Source: Terricaulis sp.
GTDB lineage: Bacteria > Pseudomonadota > Alphaproteobacteria > Caulobacterales > Aquidulcibacteraceae
Length of the DNA stretch: 64,000 nucleotides
Reading direction: 5' to 3' (one strand)
Assembly (NCBI RefSeq): GCF_034439495.1
Contig: NZ_JAWXAM010000045.1
Shown: piece after piece, positions 57,517 through 64,000 of the stretch
Numbering within the stretch: position 1 is the stretch's first letter
Layout of the letters: every line of letters begins with the position of its first letter
Made by a program: the position numbers and the translations under genes
The notes under the pieces: model-generated
Seen by the model: only the letters and a program-made list of their open reading frames with translations
What the model was told of the DNA's origin: nothing
The model's database searches: none

Positions 57517-58332
57517 TTAGTTCAAATTCTTGGACATCCATTCGCACCCGTCCAAGAGTTCTGTCACCTGTGCTTTGGTAGGTTCTACGCCCTTTTTGTG
57601 ACAGCAAATGTTTCTGAGGTCTCCGAGGTATGTAACCTTCCGCCAAGCGGGGGTGTCCAGCACATTGGCAGCTTTCAACGCATCATTGAGGTCAGAGATA
57701 GTGGGATTCTTCTTGCTCAGCTTCACTGAGTGGTGGTCAGCGAGTCGCTGCAAGTGCCCTTCGATGATCACGCCTGCCAAGGCTCCAGCCGCCCGCAAGC
57801 TCAGGGCGGCAAGTTCTCGGGCCACCGCAAGTTCGTTGTCTTGAATGTCTGCATAGAGTTGGCCCTCAATGTTGGCCAGCGCGGAATCGATGCGTTCGGT
57901 TAAACTGTGCAACAGTGCCAGTTGGTTGTAGAATGAACTTAGAGTTTGTGTGCGGATGTCGAAATCTGGATATTGCAGACGACTGGGCTGAACCCCCTTC
58001 ATAAAGTCTTGAATCACGAACGTGCCGTATCCCAGTGATTTCCGCTTTGGGTCGATTTCATAGTAACCTTTGAATTCGGCTAAGCGATCAGGGGCGAGAG
58101 ATCGGACCGCTGGTACCGCCTTGGTGTACCAAGCTTGGTACGAATGATGGAAATCGGGTTGCTTATCTTTGCTGTCGTTCTTCTGAAAGCGTTGCGCCAG
58201 TGCAATCCCAGTGCGGTACAACTCGCTAAGCTCCGAGCGTATCCGCACACTGCGCGATGATTCAACAACCGGTGGTGCCGGTGCATTTGACGGCGGGGAC
58301 GCCTTCTTTGCTCGATTTGGTTTCGCGGTCAT
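57517..58332 (-). CDS. Cargo protein with a C-terminal HEPN-like (DUF4145-like) domain
   Basis: AAGALAGVIIEGHL...ISDLNDAL...LRNICCH (Rx4H). AT-richer than the host genes (27/60 GC in 57961-58020, hand count). Confidence 0.7.
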   Translation of the reverse strand: MTAKPNRAKKASPPSNAPAPPVVESSRSVRIRSELSELYRTGIALAQRFQKNDSKDKQPDFHHSYQAWYTKAVPAVRSLAPDRLAEFKGYYEIDPKRKSLGYGTFVIQDFMKGVQPSRLQYPDFDIRTQTLSSFYNQLALLHSLTERIDSALANIEGQLYADIQDNELAVARELAALSLRAAGALAGVIIEGHLQRLADHHSVKLSKKNPTISDLNDALKAANVLDTPAWRKVTYLGDLRNICCHKKGVEPTKAQVTELLDGCEWMSKNLN

Positions 58333-58439
58333 GGACTATCAACTCTTTTGGTTGGCTTCACCTCTGCCGCTCGGCGCGCGAACGACAAGCGAACGGGAAT
58401 TCCCAAACCGATTCCCAAACCCACTCTACACCCCTTGAA

Positions 58440-58452
58440 AATCAAGTGCTTG
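58440..58452 (+). promoter_or_regulatory. IHF site in the att arm
   Basis: AATCAAGTGCTTG is an exact match to WATCAANNNNTTR, 9 bp from the att core. Confidence 0.65.
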
Positions 58453-58461
58453 CAAAGGGAG

Positions 58462-58476
58462 TGGCGACCCCGGAGA
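58462..58476. repeat. tRNA-proximal att core TGGCGACCCCGGAGA
   Basis: Identical to 48013-48027. Confidence 0.92.
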
Positions 58477-58538
58477 GATTCGAACTCCCGACCGTGTCCT
58501 TAGGACGGACCTGCTCTATCCAGCTGAGCTACGGGGCC
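58462..58538 (-). tRNA. tRNA-Arg (anticodon CCT), the integration target
   Basis: GGCCCCG/CGGGGTC acceptor, GCTC/GAGC D arm, GT-CCT-AA loop, TTCGAAT T-loop, encoded CCA; 77 nt. Confidence 0.92.
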
Positions 58539-58581
58539 TTGAGTCCAGAGCTACGGAATAGAAGCGCGGCCCGCAAGGCGC

Positions 58582-60633
58582 TCAGTCGCCGATCAGGCCG
58601 CCATCTTCGCGGGTGACGACGATCACTGCGGAGCGTGGCCAGCTCTCTCCGCCGTCTGGGAAGTGCGAGGGCGGCGGGGCGCCGTCGCTCCAGCGTGATT
58701 GGCTGTAACGGACGCCGGCGACGTTGTTCGCGCCCGGGTGTTGGATTGCGCAGAAGAAGGCGCGCTCGTCTGGCGCCATCATTGGCCCGCAAATCTCGGC
58801 GCCCAGAGGTCCAACGAGAAAGCGCTTCACGGGGCGCGGCGCGCTGGTGCGGGTGTCCGTCACCATGACGCTATCGTTGCAATCGGCGAAGACGTTGTCG
58901 CCGCCATCCGTGGTGATCCAGACGCGCTGGGCGGTATCGACCATCAGATTATCCGGGCATGCGAAACGCGCGCCGGTATTGATCTCCGCGCCGCGGACTT
59001 TGGTGGAGACGTGCGCCGTTGCGCCATCGCGCGTCGGCACGGTCAAGCCTGTGGCGTTTGGGTCGCCGCCCATGGCGAACACGTCCCACCGGAACGTCAA
59101 GGCGCCGCAATCGCCGCCATCTTCGTCGAGCTGCAGGACATGGCCGGCGGCGTTAGCTTGCGCCGATTGGTTTGCGCTGTCGCGGCGCGGGTTGCCGGGG
59201 CGGTCGAAGCCGCGCTCGCTATTGTTGGTGCACGCGATCAACACCGGGCCGAGACCGCGCCAATTTTCATCGCGCAGTGCTTCGATGTCTTCCGGCCGAT
59301 CCATGGGCGTTGCGCCGAGCAGGCGCGCAGCGTCGCGCATGCGCATCATCAGATCGCCCTCGTCGCGAAAACGGATTGGTGACTCGGCCGCTTGCGCGGC
59401 CGCGTTGGCCGAAGTGACAGTGATGTGTAGCCAGCGACCGCGGCCGTTTTCGTTGAACTGGGCCGCGTAGAGATCGCCAGAATCGAGAAGATCCATGTTC
59501 GCGCGCCGATCGCTCGGCGTGAAGCGGCCGCGCGAGATGAATTTATAGACGTGCTCGTTGCGCTGATCGTCACCGGTATAAACCGCGACGCGATTGTCGC
59601 GCGTCAGTGCGGTGACGGCGCATTCGTTTTTCTTGCGGCCGAGCGCGGTGCGTTTTTTGGGCGTTGAGCGCGGATCGTAGGGATCGATTTCTACCACCCA
59701 GCCGTAGAGCGCGGGCCCGTGCGGATTCTCCGACAGCCGGAATTGGCGGGGCAATTTGTCCGCTGGCAGCATCGTGCCGGCGACGTAGCCGAAGGATGTG
59801 GCGTCGAGCGCGTAGGCGTCGTCCTGCAAGGCTGCGCGCATGGTTGGCGCGTTTTCACCGCCGGCGAACATCTCATCGAAGTTCTCTTCCGCTGTCAGAT
59901 ATGTGCCCCACGGCGTTTGCCCGCCGGCGCAATTGGCCGTCGTGCCGCAGCGTACAGCGCCCGCGACGCTGTCGCCGCGATCTGGTTCGGCTCCGTTGGT
60001 GATGGCGGCGGCCGCTGCGATCCACGGATGCTGCGCGGCTGGACCAGTGAACAGGACCGGCGTGAACGGTGTGATGCGGCGGTTGTGTCCGGCGCCTGGC
60101 GACGCCCCGCGCATGACGCGCCAACCTTCGGCGCCGTGCTCCAGATCGACGATGCTGACGCCGATTGCTGCATAGAGCGCTTCGATCTGTGCGGCGGTGA
60201 CCGTGCGTGGGTCGCGCAGGCTTGGATAGGTCAGCTCAAGCGAGACGTATTCGTTGTTGGCGCACAGGATCATGCGCTGCGCCGAGGTGGGTGGCGGGAA
60301 TGCGTGCTCGGCTGCGAACCAGGCCAGCATGTCGTTGTTCTGGCCGAAGCGTTGCTCTTGCTCGGCGCGCGTGAGCGCGTTGGGGTCGAAGGTTGGGTTC
60401 ACGGTATCGAAAAGCGCGTCGCCCCAGCCGATCAGCGTGCGCCAGCGATAGCCAGGCGGCAGCGTGACCGTGTCCGCATTAGTCGCGGGGACGCTGGTGA
60501 AACCTCCGCCAGTGGGAGCGGTTGATCGGGCGCCGGTTGCGCAGCCGGCAAAGCTAAGCAGCGGCGCGCCCGCGAGTGCGCCCAGCACGGCGCGGCGGCT
60601 AGCGATAAGGTCACGCATTGGCTTGATGGTCAT
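58582..60633 (-). CDS. phoX: PhoX family alkaline phosphatase (Tat-exported)
   Basis: SRRAVLG Tat motif; NNEY, NCAGGQTPWGTYLTAEEN, GRKKNE, DRPED, CPDNL, EICG, IQHPG. Confidence 0.93.
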   Translation of the reverse strand: MTIKPMRDLIASRRAVLGALAGAPLLSFAGCATGARSTAPTGGGFTSVPATNADTVTLPPGYRWRTLIGWGDALFDTVNPTFDPNALTRAEQEQRFGQNNDMLAWFAAEHAFPPPTSAQRMILCANNEYVSLELTYPSLRDPRTVTAAQIEALYAAIGVSIVDLEHGAEGWRVMRGASPGAGHNRRITPFTPVLFTGPAAQHPWIAAAAAITNGAEPDRGDSVAGAVRCGTTANCAGGQTPWGTYLTAEENFDEMFAGGENAPTMRAALQDDAYALDATSFGYVAGTMLPADKLPRQFRLSENPHGPALYGWVVEIDPYDPRSTPKKRTALGRKKNECAVTALTRDNRVAVYTGDDQRNEHVYKFISRGRFTPSDRRANMDLLDSGDLYAAQFNENGRGRWLHITVTSANAAAQAAESPIRFRDEGDLMMRMRDAARLLGATPMDRPEDIEALRDENWRGLGPVLIACTNNSERGFDRPGNPRRDSANQSAQANAAGHVLQLDEDGGDCGALTFRWDVFAMGGDPNATGLTVPTRDGATAHVSTKVRGAEINTGARFACPDNLMVDTAQRVWITTDGGDNVFADCNDSVMVTDTRTSAPRPVKRFLVGPLGAEICGPMMAPDERAFFCAIQHPGANNVAGVRYSQSRWSDGAPPPSHFPDGGESWPRSAVIVVTREDGGLIGD

Positions 60634-60658
60634 GGTTCGCGCCTCTTTGCGCGCAGCC

Positions 60659-62098
60659 CTAGCCAGCCTGTGCGACACCTCCGTGACACGGACTGAGCGC
60701 GGCTTTCAGTGTCGCGATGTCGGCCAGCTTCGCTTCGAAGGGCGCCCAATCGTCGCGCTCGGCGATCGCGGCCCAGACGGGCTCGACTTCGTCGATCACC
60801 AGCGTGACGGGGATGGTCTGTTGATAATAGGGGGCGTTGAGACGCTCTTGGCCGCCAGTCCGCGCATCCAAGCCTTCGCGGATTTTGGTGAAAGCTGGCT
60901 CGGCATAGAGCGCAGCCTGCGGGCTGTGTTGCGCACGGTCGGCGCTTGCGCCGCCGCAGACCCAGTCATGGAAGTATTGGTCCCAACCGGCTTGAGTGTC
61001 GGTGAGCCACGCGAACATGTCGGCGAGGAATTCAATGTCGGCCGAGAGCGCGCCTTCGGTGAGCGCGAGGCGCCTGAACACGGTGGCGCGAAGGCCCTCC
61101 TGATATGCCGGTGCAAAGCGCGTGAGTTCGGCTTCCAGCAGGCTGGCGGGGCACACCGGCGTCAGCACGCCGCCGAGTTGCGCCAGCGCCCAGGAGACGG
61201 CCTCGGGCTGGCGGCCGAAGGCGTAGAGGCCGCTTTCGTCGAAATAGGCGGCAGTGAAGTGCGGATCGCTTGTCGGCAGGAAGCGCCACGGGCCGTAGTC
61301 GAAGCTTTCGCCGGTGACGTTGAGATTGTCAGTGTTGAGCACGCCGTGCACGAAGCCTGCGCCCATCCAGCCGCCGGCAAGCTGCCCGCTCGCTTCCACG
61401 ATCTCGCCGAACATCGCCGCCGCACGTTGCTCGCCGCTGAGATCGAGGTGCTGGGGATAATAGGCGGCGCAGACATGCTCGATCAGCTGGTGGATCAGAT
61501 CCGGCCGCTCGAAATAGGCGAGGCGCTGGAAAGTTCCGAACCGCACATGGCTGTGCTGCAGGCGCACCAGTACGGACGAGCGCGTCGGCGAGGGCTCATC
61601 GCCGCGGACGAGCTGCTCGCCGGTTTCAAACAGCGAGAAGGCTTTCGAGGTGTTGACGCCGAGCGCCTCCAACATTTCTGCCGCAAGCACTTCACGGACG
61701 CCGCCTTTCAGCGTGAGGCGCCCATCGCCGCGCCGCGAGTACGGCGTTTGCCCTGAGCCTTTTGTGCCGAAATCGAGCAACCGGGCGCGATCATCGCGAA
61801 GTTGCGCGAAAAGGAACCCGCGCCCGTCGCCGATGTCTGGATTATAGTTCCTGAACTGATGTCCGTGATAGCGCATCGCCAGCGGACGGCTCATGTTCTG
61901 CGGCAGCGGCTCAAAGCGTGCGAAGTGCGCAGTCCATTCCGCATCATCGAGCGTGTCGAGCCCGACGCGCGCCGCCCATCCTTGGTTGCGCCTCCGGAGA
62001 ATGTGTTGGGGAAACCGCGCCGCCGCCACGGGATCGGCGAATTCCGGCCCGAGTTTCTCGAACAAGGTGTCAGGTCGATAACGGTCCGAAACGGGCAT
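60659..62098 (-). CDS. selO: Protein adenylyltransferase SelO / YdiU
   Basis: YHGHQF, GDGR, KGSGQTPYSRRGDGRL, GFVHGVLNTDN, DYGP. Confidence 0.95.
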   Translation of the reverse strand: MPVSDRYRPDTLFEKLGPEFADPVAAARFPQHILRRRNQGWAARVGLDTLDDAEWTAHFARFEPLPQNMSRPLAMRYHGHQFRNYNPDIGDGRGFLFAQLRDDRARLLDFGTKGSGQTPYSRRGDGRLTLKGGVREVLAAEMLEALGVNTSKAFSLFETGEQLVRGDEPSPTRSSVLVRLQHSHVRFGTFQRLAYFERPDLIHQLIEHVCAAYYPQHLDLSGEQRAAAMFGEIVEASGQLAGGWMGAGFVHGVLNTDNLNVTGESFDYGPWRFLPTSDPHFTAAYFDESGLYAFGRQPEAVSWALAQLGGVLTPVCPASLLEAELTRFAPAYQEGLRATVFRRLALTEGALSADIEFLADMFAWLTDTQAGWDQYFHDWVCGGASADRAQHSPQAALYAEPAFTKIREGLDARTGGQERLNAPYYQQTIPVTLVIDEVEPVWAAIAERDDWAPFEAKLADIATLKAALSPCHGGVAQAG

Positions 62099-62198
62099 TT
62101 GTTCAATCTGGTTAAGTGCGCCAATGGCGCGACGAGCCGTGACGTGGTCCTGCGAATGTGGCAAATCAATCGTGGGGGATGAGGAGGTCGGAAAAACG

Positions 62199-63269
62199 AT
62201 GCCGTTGCGCGCACTTTGTCTCGCCAGCGCATCCTTTGCCCTGATTGCGCTCGCGGGGTGCGACCGGAACGGCAATGGCAGCAAGACCGAAGAGAGCTCG
62301 GCGGAGAACATCGCCGTGGCGCTCGACACGTGCGCCAATCCGAGCGCGGGATTCGCGCAGAACGTGTGCGCGAACCGTACGCTCGCCAGCCTCGACACGA
62401 CCGCCCGCGAAACCTTGGTCGCAGAATCCGCCGCCATCTCGGACGCAGGCGCAGCATTGCTGGTGCAGAACCAGCAACGCTGGCGCGACTCGGCCCGGGT
62501 GATCTGCGGCGTGCTTGACGCCGAGAGCGCGCTCACGCCCGAGCAAGTGAGCTGCCTTGAAGATCGCTTCCGCAGCCGCGCGCAAGAAGCTGGCGAAGCG
62601 GTGCAAGAGATCGGCGGCTACACCTTCCAGCGCATGGAATTGGTCGACGCGACGCCGGTCAGCGCCGAGATAGCGCGCGCATCGGGGCTCGACGAAGGCC
62701 CCGAAGCAGTGATCCGCGACATCCGTTTCCCGCGCATCGATGGCCGCCAAACCCCTGCGATCCAACGCTTCAACGATCTGGTCGCGCAACAGCCGCAGTT
62801 CCGGCTCGAGGACGCGACCAATGAAGTGGTCGATTATCGTATCGCCTTTGCTGGACCTGAGCTGATCTCGGTCCGGTTCAACATTTCCTCCGACACGCTT
62901 GGCGCGGCGCACGGCAACAACACGTTCAAGGCCGTCACCGTGTTGATGGAGCAAGGCCGCGCGCTGGAAGCGGGTGATGTCTTCCGCGCCGATTCAGGCT
63001 GGGAGCAGTTTTTGACTCAGCGCGCGGTGCGCGAAATTTCGCGTCAGTTCCGCGAAGATGGATTCACGCCGCCTGAGCGTGATGTGCAAGAGAGCGCCAC
63101 CAAGCCGCATCTGTGGCTGATCGGTGAAGAGGGGCTGACGCTGCTCTTTCCGCCATACTCGTTCGGCGCGCCTTATGTGATGGGCGGGGCCGAAGTCGTG
63201 ATCCCATGGGCTGATCTGCGCGCCTATCTCAATCCAGCTGCGCCGGCGCCGATCAGGCCAGTCGCTTAA
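62199..63269 (+). CDS. Lipoprotein: LprI-like helical domain + DUF4163/DUF3298 (PdaC/RsiV-like) domains
   Basis: LAGC lipobox; CA...L..LD...QQRW...CG...CLEDRFRSR; GAAHGN; LLFPPYSFG, VIPW. Confidence 0.7.
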   Translation: MPLRALCLASASFALIALAGCDRNGNGSKTEESSAENIAVALDTCANPSAGFAQNVCANRTLASLDTTARETLVAESAAISDAGAALLVQNQQRWRDSARVICGVLDAESALTPEQVSCLEDRFRSRAQEAGEAVQEIGGYTFQRMELVDATPVSAEIARASGLDEGPEAVIRDIRFPRIDGRQTPAIQRFNDLVAQQPQFRLEDATNEVVDYRIAFAGPELISVRFNISSDTLGAAHGNNTFKAVTVLMEQGRALEAGDVFRADSGWEQFLTQRAVREISRQFREDGFTPPERDVQESATKPHLWLIGEEGLTLLFPPYSFGAPYVMGGAEVVIPWADLRAYLNPAAPAPIRPVA

Positions 63270-64000
63270 CCTGGCGGCGCTGAGAAGTAGCCGTACCACA
63301 ACACAAGCAACACGAGCCGCGGTGCGAAGGCGGAGCCGCTGACGCTCGCAATGGCGCTCGCCGTGAGCGCCGCAACCGCGCCGCTGCCAGCTGCAAGACC
63401 AAGTGTTTCGAGCGACGGCGCGCGGACGAGCACTGGCAGCGCGAGCAGTGTCATCCACGCCGCGCCCGCTGTGATGAACGCCACGCGACGCATCATCGGC
63501 GCGAACGACGTGGTTTTGGTGAGAGCCAAGAGGCCGCGCGCTTCGCTGCGCCCCGCATGTGCGGAGAGTGCGAACACAAGCAGCAACAGCGCCGCTGGGC
63601 TCGCCGCGTGGCGGAAGTCCATGAAGGCGCCCAGCGCGGCGATGCCAGCTGCGAGCAGCAGGAAAACGCGTCCTGCGCCGATGAGCCTGAACTCTGTCAC
63701 GAACAGGCTCACCCAGGCGAGAGCGGCGGCGCGCGCCGGCTGTGCGTTCGGGATTGCTTTGGGCGGTGGGCCTGGGTTGAGCCAAGCGGTGAAGCGTCCA
63801 GGTTTTCCGGCGCGGCGGCGCACTAGGTGCGGCCGGTAGATTAAACCGGCGATGGCTGCCAGCGCGACCGCGATGCCGGCCCATGCAAAGCGTGATTGGA
63901 TGTAGCCTGGCGAGAACAGCCCGGCCATCACGTCGAGCTGCAGATTGCCTTGCGCCGCTTCGATGCCGCCAATTGCGAAATCGTCGGCGCCTGCGGGCGA
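63266..64000 (-). CDS. Multi-TM membrane protein, C-terminal part (frame open to the right edge of the window)
   Basis: Frame stays open from 64000 to the stop at 63266; several hydrophobic helices; possibly an ABC-permease-like C-terminus. Confidence 0.65.
   Translation of the reverse strand, partial: SPAGADDFAIGGIEAAQGNLQLDVMAGLFSPGYIQSRFAWAGIAVALAAIAGLIYRPHLVRRRAGKPGRFTAWLNPGPPPKAIPNAQPARAAALAWVSLFVTEFRLIGAGRVFLLLAAGIAALGAFMDFRHAASPAALLLLVFALSAHAGRSEARGLLALTKTTSFAPMMRRVAFITAGAAWMTLLALPVLVRAPSLETLGLAAGSGAVAALTASAIASVSGSAFAPRLVLLVLWYGYFSAPPG

Larger units (their letters stand above)
48013..58476. mobile_element. Integrated phage-satellite-like element (cf-PICI-like, no terminase recognised) at tRNA-Arg(CCT); unit length 10,449 bp
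   Basis: Flanking 15-bp direct repeat equal to the tRNA 3' end; tyrosine integrase and xis; primase-helicase; HK97-type capsid, protease and portal. Confidence 0.9.

Noticed and set aside
48013-58476. Calling the element a complete prophage or a GTA cluster
   Set aside because: No terminase, tail, tape-measure or lysis genes, and only 10.4 kb. GTA clusters lack int/xis, primase and att repeats.
60659-62536. 625-aa SelO with a long N-terminal extension, or a C-terminal Sec/Cys redox motif
   Set aside because: The extension overlaps the divergent lipoprotein gene, and family similarity starts at MPVSDRY (62098). There is no in-frame TGA and no C-terminal CSS-like motif.

Overview
64-kb chromosomal window of a high-GC alphaproteobacterium. 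Gene content and synteny suggest a Caulobacterales/Hyphomonadales-type organism (inference). Most of the window is housekeeping or stress DNA: tamAB, htpX, kup, argG, hemY-COG4223-hemD-hemC, tsaD, gpsA, pyrF, bdhA, cydAB, folD, an ABC-F ATPase, phoX, selO and four isolated tRNA genes. Three things stand out. (1) A 10,449-bp element is integrated at the 3' end of tRNA-Arg(CCT), bounded by a perfect 15-bp repeat (48013-48027 / 58462-58476). It encodes a primase-helicase with a putative iteron origin, an HK97-type capsid, protease and portal, xis/int and a HEPN-like cargo gene. It has no recognisable terminase, head-completion or tail genes, so it looks like a capsid-forming phage satellite without its own packaging motor. 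(2) A free-standing, highly structured ~320-nt non-coding segment (12983-13302) has end-to-end pairing, a 12-bp perfect helix, a GNRA-capped hairpin and a probable pseudoknot; I cannot assign it to a known RNA family. (3) Two parallel 38-aa hydrophobic micro-ORFs, absent from the ORF track, sit with a TetR gene between tsaD and gpsA. There is also a tandem triplet of Sel1/prolyl-4-hydroxylase-like genes and a cold-shock domain that has lost its RNA-binding aromatic residues. All family calls come from reading motifs by eye; no searches were run, and several start codons were re-picked using RBS or overlap evidence.
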